Positions 8,985 through 16,504 of a stretch of DNA of 32,000 bases are shown in pieces. The stretch covers positions 230,618-262,617 of the forward strand of contig OZ242365.1 of the NCBI GenBank assembly GCA_965208905.1, written 5' to 3'. The notes under the pieces are model-generated. The model made no database searches. It saw nothing but the letters and a program-made list of their open reading frames with translations, and was not told the origin of the DNA. The DNA comes from Nitrosopumilaceae archaeon (lineage in GTDB: Archaea > Thermoproteota > Nitrososphaeria > Nitrososphaerales > Nitrosopumilaceae). A program made the position numbers and the translations under genes. Position 1 is the stretch's first letter; the number at the start of each line of letters is the position of its first letter.

Positions 8985-8992
8985 TTAAATAC
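8985..8992 (+). promoter_or_regulatory. TATA-like box TTAAATAC upstream of tnpB-1
   Basis: An AT-rich octamer lies 18 nt before ATG 9011. The same octamer lies 20 nt before the ATG of tnpB-2. Confidence 0.4.
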
Positions 8993-9010
8993 GTTATTAA
9001 ACCGTACTAT

Positions 9011-10528
9011 ATGATGGCTCTTGTAAAAAATAGTAGGGCAATAACACGTACATACACAAAAAATTTGGGTATGCAGTACGTGTTTGAGCATGTCAGGAAG
9101 GTGGCAGAAGTGGCGTACATTATAGCAGATAACACGGGGAAGAATACCTATGGTGTTAACGCATTGATGTATCGTACAATGCGCGGCCCTGACCCCAAAG
9201 TACATTCGTCCATAACGCAGACCGCCATACGGGACGGGGTTGCCGCCCATAACACGTACAATACAAAGACTGCGCAGGGCATGAAGGTATCTGAGCCCGT
9301 GTTTCGCAATCCGGTTGTAAAGTTGAAAAACCAAAATTGGAGGCTGAATCCGATAGCGGGTGGATATATGACTATTGCAAATGTTGGCTCATCAAAACAC
9401 CCACATATGATAGCAATTCCCATCTCTTCAGATGTGGTACGCCGCATAGGACAAAATGAGTTGGGCGAGTTGTGGATCACGCCGACCACATACACCATAA
9501 CGTATTACAACAAAGTGCCCGAGGTTGACAAGCCCCACCCATACGGCAAGTCAGAGATTATCGAGTTGCTTACGGATGTGGGGTATGTGGGCGGCACACC
9601 AAAGGATGTAATTGGCGTAGATATCAATGAGAAGAACATCACCGTAGGAGATAAAGATACAATGGTACAGTTTGATCTATCCGATACGATACAGGCCATT
9701 GAAGACGCAAAGACTGAGGATGCAAACAATACGTATACACGTACACATGATAATGCTGTATATGCGGCACGTACCGGAAGGCGTGTTGTATACAAGAAAG
9801 AGGAGGAGCGCAGAGAAAAACAACAAGTTGTGTGTGGCGGTCCCAAGTTACACAGCAAACTCAAACGCAGATACAGAAAACTCAAGAGGGAGGGCAAACA
9901 CAAGAGGGCCGCGGAGATAAAGAAGCAGATGAATAAATGCATATTAAACATACAGCATAACCACACAAAGTCAAAGAAGAATGCTAAAAAGCGCAAGGTG
10001 GCCAAAGCCGTGCGCCATCATGAACATGTGCTGAATGTGATGGCACTATGCATCGCACAGTGGGCCGCACAGTCTGGGTGTTTGGTGGTGTTGGAGGATT
10101 TAACCCGCATATCGTATAATTGGCAGAAGGGTGGAAGGTTTGGACGTATGATGCGTCGCAGGTTATATTCTGCCATGATGCGAAAGGCATCGGATTTAAT
10201 TTATGAAAAGTCCCGGTTTTTGGGAGTGGAGGCATTACATATGCGTCCACACAACACATCCAAGCTATGTGCTGCGTGCAGAACCATACTAACTGGAACT
10301 TATCATAGAAAAGACTGCACCCGCTGCCATATAGTTGGCGTAGATCGTGACGTCAACGCAGTGGAGAATATACGGCGAACAAGTGCCGTATCCCGATATG
10401 GTCGTCAGGTTTCGGCCAGTCTGGGCGAAGTCCGTCGTGGTGTGGATGTAATCCTCGATCCCACACCACTCATACAGGGTTGCTGGAGCAACTGGGCTGA
10501 CAGACTATCCCGCATAGCGGGGGTGTAA
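9011..10528 (+). CDS. tnpB: TnpB (RuvC-like RNA-guided endonuclease family, OrfB/IS1341-type)
   Basis: RuvC motifs are GVDINEKN (D), VVLEDL (E) and VDRDVNAVENI (D). The zinc finger is CAACRT...CTRCH. The ORF is open from GTG 8957/ATG 8960 inside the left TIR. ATG 9011 is preferred because of the upstream TATA-like box and the N-terminus MMALVKNSRAITRTYTK. Confidence 0.9.
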   Translation: MMALVKNSRAITRTYTKNLGMQYVFEHVRKVAEVAYIIADNTGKNTYGVNALMYRTMRGPDPKVHSSITQTAIRDGVAAHNTYNTKTAQGMKVSEPVFRNPVVKLKNQNWRLNPIAGGYMTIANVGSSKHPHMIAIPISSDVVRRIGQNELGELWITPTTYTITYYNKVPEVDKPHPYGKSEIIELLTDVGYVGGTPKDVIGVDINEKNITVGDKDTMVQFDLSDTIQAIEDAKTEDANNTYTRTHDNAVYAARTGRRVVYKKEEERREKQQVVCGGPKLHSKLKRRYRKLKREGKHKRAAEIKKQMNKCILNIQHNHTKSKKNAKKRKVAKAVRHHEHVLNVMALCIAQWAAQSGCLVVLEDLTRISYNWQKGGRFGRMMRRRLYSAMMRKASDLIYEKSRFLGVEALHMRPHNTSKLCAACRTILTGTYHRKDCTRCHIVGVDRDVNAVENIRRTSAVSRYGRQVSASLGEVRRGVDVILDPTPLIQGCWSNWADRLSRIAGV

Positions 10529-10552
10529 TCACCCGACTTTGCGGGAGGAACC
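10360..10552 (+). ncRNA. putative omega-RNA (reRNA) scaffold region of element 1 (boundaries approximate)
   Basis: By analogy with characterised TnpB loci, the guide RNA scaffold overlaps the 3' end of tnpB and the right end. This segment is clearly GC-richer (36/60 in block 10381-10440) than the 5' part of the element (21/60 in block 9001-9060). Confidence 0.3.
10528..10552. repeat. right terminal inverted repeat of element 1
   Basis: ATCACCCGACTTTGCGGGAGGAACC, 25/25 reverse-complementary to 8937-8961. Confidence 0.95.
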
Positions 10553-10560
10553 CATTATCA
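10553..10560. repeat. flanking direct repeat (putative TSD), right copy, element 1
   Basis: CATTATCA directly abuts the right TIR. Confidence 0.8.
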
Positions 10561-10673
10561 AAGATGTTTGTAATGTATGAATGAAATTTACATATTTACA
10601 AGACCGCCATCGACCAGGCGTCAGCACACATAAAATAACAAATCTGTCATAGAGTTTTAATATAGACAAAAAA

Positions 10674-11840
10674 ATGATAAAAAGTGTGGAAAGCGTATGT
10701 GTTTTGGGTGCGGGAAGTACAAAGTATGGAAAGTTAGATGATAGCATAGTAGACATAACCGTACAGGCATCAGCAGATGCAATAAACAGTGCAGGAATAG
10801 AGCCTGCCGACATAAAGGCCGGATACATATCCAATGTATTTGGCATAGCAGACAAACAAGTGCATCTAGGACCTGTAATTATGAGTAACCTTGGTATTTC
10901 AGACAGACCATCATTATCCATAGAGTCCGCATGTGGCAGTGGCTCTGTCTCGTTTAGGGAGGCATATGCCAATGTGGCGGCAGGATTCTACGACTGCCTA
11001 TTGGTAGCAGGTACAGAGAAGGTCACCCACACCGGTACCGAATGGACTACCACGTACTTTGCATACTGCTCAGACTTCTTCCATGAAGGGTCTGCAGGCG
11101 CATCGTTCCCAGGACTGTTTGCAGCCATGGCACGTGCCTACCTGACCGAATTTGGCGCCACCGAAGAGGACTTTGCGCAGGTTGCAGTAAAAAACCACAA
11201 CAATGGAATACTCAATCCAAAGGCGCATTTGAGAAAGAAGATAACCATAGATGATGTTATGAAATCGGCCGTGGTAGCCAGTCCGCTCAAGCTGTACGAC
11301 TGCTGTCCATTCTCAGACGGGGCCAGTGCCGTCATATTATGTACAGAAGAGTTTGCCAAGAAGACAGGCGGCGACTACATAAAAGTAACAGGATCCGGAC
11401 GTGGAGGTTCGCCAGCAGCATTGCAGGGACGGGAGCACATTACAACAATTCCCAGTACAGTAATAGCATCAAGATCAGCCTACAAGATGGCAGGTATAAC
11501 TGCCAAAGATGTGGACTTTGCCGAAGTACATGACTGTTTTACAATAGCCGAAATAGTAGATACTGAAGATTTGGGATTCTTTGAGAAGGGTAAGGGTGTG
11601 GAAGCTGCTCGAGAAGGTAGAACCGCACTAAATTCAGACATATCAATAAACCCCTCTGGAGGTCTAAAGTCAAAGGGACATCCCATTGGTGCTACCGGTG
11701 TGGGGCAAGTAGTTGAGATGTATGATCAGTTAACAGGCCAAGCAGGTCCCCGGACCGTACATGATGCACATATAGGACTTACTCATAACTTTGGAGCCAC
11801 CGGGGCCAGCTGCGCCGTCCATATCTTTGAAAGTGTTTAA
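10674..11840 (+). CDS. thiolase-like acetyl-CoA C-acetyltransferase (archaeal type)
   Basis: 388 aa with the active-site Cys context SIESACGSGS, plus GHPIGATG and NFGATGASCAV near the C-terminus. Confidence 0.9.
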   Translation: MIKSVESVCVLGAGSTKYGKLDDSIVDITVQASADAINSAGIEPADIKAGYISNVFGIADKQVHLGPVIMSNLGISDRPSLSIESACGSGSVSFREAYANVAAGFYDCLLVAGTEKVTHTGTEWTTTYFAYCSDFFHEGSAGASFPGLFAAMARAYLTEFGATEEDFAQVAVKNHNNGILNPKAHLRKKITIDDVMKSAVVASPLKLYDCCPFSDGASAVILCTEEFAKKTGGDYIKVTGSGRGGSPAALQGREHITTIPSTVIASRSAYKMAGITAKDVDFAEVHDCFTIAEIVDTEDLGFFEKGKGVEAAREGRTALNSDISINPSGGLKSKGHPIGATGVGQVVEMYDQLTGQAGPRTVHDAHIGLTHNFGATGASCAVHIFESV

Positions 11841-11841
11841 A

Positions 11842-12207
11842 ATGTCCACTCGTCAAAAATTTATTGATGCCGCCCAAAGTGGTAAAGTACTACTATTACA
11901 GTGCAAGAGATGTAATACAATGCATACATCTACGGTGTGTTTCTGCAAAAAGTGTGGCTTCTCAAAGTTTGAGGACAAGGTAGTTCAAGGGATTGGCAAG
12001 GTAGTCACATATACCATAATTACTGTTCCACCGGCGGGTTTTGAAGAGTATACACCCTATGCGTTTGTTGTTGTAAACCTTGATGATGTAGACCAGCGAA
12101 TATCTGGGTTCATGGGAGGGATCTCTACACCTGCAGATTTACCAGTGGGGTCTGCAGTCCGTGTATATGGATACGATGAGCGCGGTCTATTGATAAAGTT
12201 TCACTAA
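11842..12207 (+). CDS. DUF35 OB-fold/zinc-ribbon protein (thiolase partner)
   Basis: Starts 1 nt after the thiolase stop. It has the zinc ribbon CKRCNT...CKKCG followed by an OB-fold-like segment. This is the typical archaeal thiolase-DUF35 gene pair. Confidence 0.85.
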   Translation: MSTRQKFIDAAQSGKVLLLQCKRCNTMHTSTVCFCKKCGFSKFEDKVVQGIGKVVTYTIITVPPAGFEEYTPYAFVVVNLDDVDQRISGFMGGISTPADLPVGSAVRVYGYDERGLLIKFH

Positions 12208-12238
12208 CTTTATAAAATGATAAAGGATCATTCCTTGT

Positions 12239-12424
12239 ATGGTAATCGATGTTTATTGTGGAAAGTGCAATACAAAAATAGGATCAACAAATATACTAAA
12301 GCCCATCAAGCAGATATCTGGAGTCGAAGATGGAAAGTGTCCATCCTGCGGACATAAAGTATCACTGTCAAACTTCACATTGGATGTAGTAAAGTCCACC
12401 TCCAAGTATGGCTCTCTAGAGTAA
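12239..12424 (+). CDS. small zinc-ribbon protein
   Basis: 61 aa with CGKC...CPSCG (4 Cys). It is co-directional with the upstream pair. Confidence 0.45.
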   Translation: MVIDVYCGKCNTKIGSTNILKPIKQISGVEDGKCPSCGHKVSLSNFTLDVVKSTSKYGSLE

Positions 12425-12574
12425 CATGTGATATAATGGGCCATACATCTCATACACCACACAAGATATCGGCTACATCTAAGGAATCATCATTTTCTAA
12501 TGTTATAATAATCACCAATCTCTACAAAATGAGTAGAACCTAACTATTAATTACAACTTTGATGTAACCAGTCC

Positions 12575-14473
12575 ATGGATAAGTGGGTTGGCGATATGTT
12601 TGAAGAGCCAGAGAACGAGTCGGTCATGCCAACCCGGGTCAAAAAGATCTTTTCAGCCATGGACAGTCCCCAGAGATTGAGAATTCTTAGGGCACTAAAC
12701 TCAAAAGGTCCGCTCAGTTATTCAGAGCTTAAAAGACTTGCCGGCTTTCATCCCAAAAGTGAGAGTGGTAAGTTCGCATATCATCTGCGCAGCTTGGACA
12801 ATCCGGGTCTGGTATTGTTGGACAAAAATACCAAACGGTACGACATTACTAATCTAGGAAAGATGTCCATAAGTCTGGTAAAACAGATAGAAGAAAAGTC
12901 CATTCATGAGTCCAGTCGAATGTACGTGAGAACATCTCATCAGGCCATAGAAGAGTTTAACGCAGATAAGATAATGCGATCCTTGGTACGTGAGGGGAGT
13001 ATGCCCATGGATCTTGCGCAGCGCATCACCGAAGAGACGGAGAACCGCATATACAAGTATCAGACATCTCATCTTACAGGGCCTCTAATTCGAGAGTTGG
13101 TGAATGCCGTACTTTTGGAGGGCGGACATGAAGGCTATAGGAGCAAGATGGCCCGGTTGGGCATTCCCGTGCATGATCTACAAGAGATGCTGACAGATGT
13201 CGATAGCGTGATGGCCGGTTTAGAACACATAATGCTAACTGCAGGGCGGCGGGTATTTGTAGAGTATCTACTAACTAATACATTGCAGCGAGATGTGGCA
13301 GACATGTATCTGTCAGGTGGCATTCACATATCAAATCTGGCTTTATGGCCACTGGCACCAGATACAATATTTCTGAATATCAACGACATCATACCGCAGA
13401 GTGACATAAAGATATCAAGTCTAGTCAAGATGCTCAACCATGTATTGTGGGAGGCATCCAGTGAAGTTGTAATAGATGGCATATCCAATATCGACTCAAT
13501 ATCGCAGTATATGGCAGACACTCTCATCATGATGCACGCACCCCACGGTGCGGCCCACCTGTCACTATATGTACCATTGAACTCAAAGTCCATACATGGC
13601 ATATTAGAGGCGTACAAGACCTATGTCAAAAGTGTGGACACTCCCACAGCAGGGCTTGTCATAGATACAAAAGATACCAAGATTGCAGAATTTTCAGACA
13701 TATTATCAGATATTATAAAATGTAACGGAGTCATAACTATTACCAAACAAAAGTCTGGTAAAAGTGGTATCATAGACAGTAACGATAAGGGGGCATCAGC
13801 AAAGATGCACTCGCTGGCCATAAATCTGCCTAGTTTGGCTTACGAGTCAGAGGGTGATGAGGCGTACTTTCGGGCAAAGTTAGCAATGAGTATGGAACCC
13901 ATAATATCAGCATTGGAGTCAAGACGAAAGGATATTGCCGACATTACACGTTGGGGGCTTAATCCGATTCTTGCAGAGAACATCATAAAGCAAGAGAAAA
14001 GGTCTGTAAATATCACTATCAATTTAGTGGGAATGCATGAGGCCATGACTCACATTTTAGGAGACGATTACCCGCCCAAAATGGTGCTCAAAGTATTAGA
14101 GACTGCCAACCATGTTGTATCAAAGATTAGTGGTAAGACAGGTCTCCCCATACTGATATCCATGATACATGCAGATGGCATCTCCCGTCTGGTGGAATTA
14201 GACGCAAAGAAGTACGGTAAAGACAAGGTGTATAATATGCAGGATGGTAGATATCAGCACGGTGTCAGTATAGATGTACGTCAGACCATAATACCAGGAC
14301 AACTAGATCGCATAATATCAAATGCAAAGAAGGCTGCTGCTGTTTTGGGTGGAGGCCTGTACACCGAATTGTCATACCAAAAGAGTACGCCGCAGTCAGA
14401 TATCATACGTGGAATAGAGTTGTTATCAGATCATCTCAACTTTACAGTAAAGCTCAAACACGACTCATCTTAA
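12575..14473 (+). CDS. winged-HTH (ArsR-like) / ATP-cone / NrdD-like domain fusion protein
   Basis: The N-terminal wHTH is RLRILRALNSKGPLSYSELKRLAG...FAYHLRSL. The ATP-cone-like segment is MYVRTSHQAIEEFNADKIMRSLVREG...LIRELVNAVL. The large C-terminal domain has an NrdD-like LSGGIHISNL motif but no recognisable C-terminal glycyl-radical motif. Confidence 0.8.
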   Translation: MDKWVGDMFEEPENESVMPTRVKKIFSAMDSPQRLRILRALNSKGPLSYSELKRLAGFHPKSESGKFAYHLRSLDNPGLVLLDKNTKRYDITNLGKMSISLVKQIEEKSIHESSRMYVRTSHQAIEEFNADKIMRSLVREGSMPMDLAQRITEETENRIYKYQTSHLTGPLIRELVNAVLLEGGHEGYRSKMARLGIPVHDLQEMLTDVDSVMAGLEHIMLTAGRRVFVEYLLTNTLQRDVADMYLSGGIHISNLALWPLAPDTIFLNINDIIPQSDIKISSLVKMLNHVLWEASSEVVIDGISNIDSISQYMADTLIMMHAPHGAAHLSLYVPLNSKSIHGILEAYKTYVKSVDTPTAGLVIDTKDTKIAEFSDILSDIIKCNGVITITKQKSGKSGIIDSNDKGASAKMHSLAINLPSLAYESEGDEAYFRAKLAMSMEPIISALESRRKDIADITRWGLNPILAENIIKQEKRSVNITINLVGMHEAMTHILGDDYPPKMVLKVLETANHVVSKISGKTGLPILISMIHADGISRLVELDAKKYGKDKVYNMQDGRYQHGVSIDVRQTIIPGQLDRIISNAKKAAAVLGGGLYTELSYQKSTPQSDIIRGIELLSDHLNFTVKLKHDSS

Positions 14474-14723
14474 AGTCGCGGCGAGGCTGCTGAAGAGACA
14501 GTAGTATCTGTTTTAACTGCTCATCAGTGACAGGGGGACTCAGACGGCCCTGAGTCATCATGGAAAGTAGATAATTTTCGACCTGTGTGGCCAAATCTGG
14601 TCGGACCATGCGAACATTGCCCAATCGTAGACGTGACTCGGGATTAAGGATTCGACGTAATAGTGCATCTTTTTGTGCAGCAGCTTCATTGGCCTGTTCA
14701 TCATTAAATTCAGGAGTGCTCAT
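14454..14723 (-). CDS. PDCD5/TFAR19-like DNA-binding protein
   Basis: 89 aa with the typical pattern LLRRILNPESRLRLGNVRMVRPDLA...VENYLL. It lies immediately upstream of (and is co-transcribed with) eS19, as in many archaea. Confidence 0.85.
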   Translation of the reverse strand: MSTPEFNDEQANEAAAQKDALLRRILNPESRLRLGNVRMVRPDLATQVENYLLSMMTQGRLSPPVTDEQLKQILLSLQQPRRDFKMSRV

Positions 14724-14725
14724 AT

Positions 14726-15178
14726 CTACATGTATACCCGAAGTTTGGGATTCTCCTGTACCATCTCTTTGAGTATGTCAGTGGATAGATTGTCTAACTT
14801 TTTCATGCCTGCAGAGGTTACGACACGTCCCCTCTTATCTATCGCCTCTACCAAGCCCAACTTCTCCAAACCATGTACGGCATTGCGAATTATGGCACCA
14901 CCACCAGCGCGGTGATGTGCGGCTCCATATCCAGACGGCTTTCCGCCTCCGTACTCTTTGCGCAACCTGCTAATTCCAACAGGGCCCTCCAAGTATATCT
15001 TGCGCAGAATAGATGCGCAACGGGTGTACCACCAGTCTTTTTGATGGGGCGGTCTGTCAGCATGTACTCCAGTCTTTACAAATATCGTCCATTCGGGCTT
15101 CTCTATACCACTATCCTGCAGGTATTGTGCTGTACGTGTGATGAGCTCGTGTGGCGGTACATCATATACTTTTGCCAT
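14726..15178 (-). CDS. rps19e: 30S ribosomal protein eS19 (S19e)
   Basis: 150 aa. MAKVYDVPPHELI...PEW...VKTGVHADRPP...DWWYTRCASILRKIYL...GGG are hallmark eS19 strings. Confidence 0.95.
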   Translation of the reverse strand: MAKVYDVPPHELITRTAQYLQDSGIEKPEWTIFVKTGVHADRPPHQKDWWYTRCASILRKIYLEGPVGISRLRKEYGGGKPSGYGAAHHRAGGGAIIRNAVHGLEKLGLVEAIDKRGRVVTSAGMKKLDNLSTDILKEMVQENPKLRVYM

Positions 15179-15319
15179 ATTTTTTTATTTTCTTGTCTAT
15201 TTATAAATCATAATTGAGCAGAAGAGCGTTTTATAATTTATCACCTTGGTCAACACCACCTAACTTTCAACGTATCAAAGTCATACAAGTTGTGATGACG
15301 TAATAGATATCTCTTGATT

Positions 15320-15895
15320 ATGCGCACTCCCCTAGGACACATCTTTGTATATGAAGACAGGTATATAATTCCCCCATACACCACATGTACAGTGTATATT
15401 GTATCTGTGTTGTTGTGTATTTGTATTATATTGGTAGCAGGAGATGCATATGCGCACTCTCTATTCAACTCTGCTGAAGAGTTCTATGGTGGATATAGGG
15501 TACAAGTAGCAACAACTCCTGAATTTCCCCAGATAGACGAGATCTCGACAATTCTAATCCGTGTGACAGACGAAGACTTTGAGGAGGTTGATAGCTTCAC
15601 CATGGGTCTGCGATTCTTTTATAATGATCTACAAGTAGATGCTGTGCCGCCCCAGAGCCACCAGGGAGGACACTGGGATATCGACTACATCTGGAAGAAA
15701 GAGGGAAATCACATAGTGATGGTGGATATGTATAGTGTGAATGGAGATAGCACAGACATATTGACATATACGTTCAACATGGGAACTCAGAGTCCGTTTG
15801 GATATATCTTCATATCCGCCATAACCGTGGGCGCCCTTACATTTACAGGAATAATGACATACATCTATCTTCCAAAGATACTGCGGCGCCGTTGA
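15320..15895 (+). CDS. membrane-anchored extracytoplasmic protein, predicted mature N-terminal His (possible metal-handling Ig-like protein)
   Basis: Signal-like VSVLLCICIILVAGDAYA/HSLF is followed by a beta-rich ~130 aa domain. The C-terminal TM is FGYIFISAITVGALTFTGIMTYIYL, followed by basic residues. It lies next to the oxidase/heme A synthase operon. Confidence 0.6.
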   Translation: MRTPLGHIFVYEDRYIIPPYTTCTVYIVSVLLCICIILVAGDAYAHSLFNSAEEFYGGYRVQVATTPEFPQIDEISTILIRVTDEDFEEVDSFTMGLRFFYNDLQVDAVPPQSHQGGHWDIDYIWKKEGNHIVMVDMYSVNGDSTDILTYTFNMGTQSPFGYIFISAITVGALTFTGIMTYIYLPKILRRR

Positions 15896-16056
15896 ATTTG
15901 GCATTTCTGTATAGACAGCCCAAGTATCATCTATAGTATAGAAGGAGTATACGTTAATGTCCAAAGGCATACACCATACAGAATAGTTGGATGCCTGTGA
16001 CGGTTGGCTGCTTACCACCCTACCTATATGATATCATAGTACAGTAGTTTCAAGAG

Positions 16057-16500
16057 TTATGTGTGCGCAGGCATCTCTATCTTTGATATGCGAAACGCAA
16101 AGAGGGTGGTTAATAGCACCATTGAAAACAACAGTATGCCTATACCCAGATGTATGGCGACTAGTACGGCGTGCAGATTCATATCGATTACCAAGGCACC
16201 TAGTGTTATCTGAGTAACAACAAAGGCGGATGCCAAAGAGCTGGTCAGTTTTATCTTCAGGTCGGCACGCTTGTTCATGTATGATGCGACCATTGTAGCA
16301 AGTACCAATGCACCCGTAGTGGCAGCTATCAGGCGATGCACCCATTCTATGAGATACTCTTCAGATGGCATCACGCCATTAGGACACAGTGGCCACTCCG
16401 GGCAGGTCAAGCCCAAGCCAGCAGCAGAGATGTACCCGCCAATAAACATCAGCGAATAGAGTACTATCATTGTACATAATGCTAGATACTGTATAGCCAA
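16057..16500 (-). CDS. ctaA: heme A synthase, short 4-TM type (CtaA/Cox15 family)
   Basis: 147 aa with 4 predicted TMs. It has the CtaA motifs LTCPEWPLCPNG and EWVHR plus the His pair LHAVLVAIHLG. It is the last gene of the oxidase operon and has a TTG start. Confidence 0.75.
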   Translation of the reverse strand: MAIQYLALCTMIVLYSLMFIGGYISAAGLGLTCPEWPLCPNGVMPSEEYLIEWVHRLIAATTGALVLATMVASYMNKRADLKIKLTSSLASAFVVTQITLGALVIDMNLHAVLVAIHLGIGILLFSMVLLTTLFAFRISKIEMPAHT

Positions 16501-16504
16501 GATA

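Larger units (their letters stand above)
8937..10552 (+). mobile_element. tnpB-only insertion element 1, bounded by 25-bp perfect TIRs and an 8-bp direct repeat
   Basis: 8937-8961 is the exact reverse complement of 10528-10552. CATTATCA is present at 8929-8936 and at 10553-10560. A single TnpB ORF fills the element. Confidence 0.85.

Noticed and set aside
10350-10528. C-terminal ~60-aa (TnpB-1) and ~90-aa (TnpB-2, 21135-21404) extensions after the RuvC-III motif, considered as extra protein domains.
   Set aside because: They coincide with the GC-rich segment expected to encode the guide-RNA scaffold and have no recognisable fold signature. They are more likely incidental open frame over an RNA gene.
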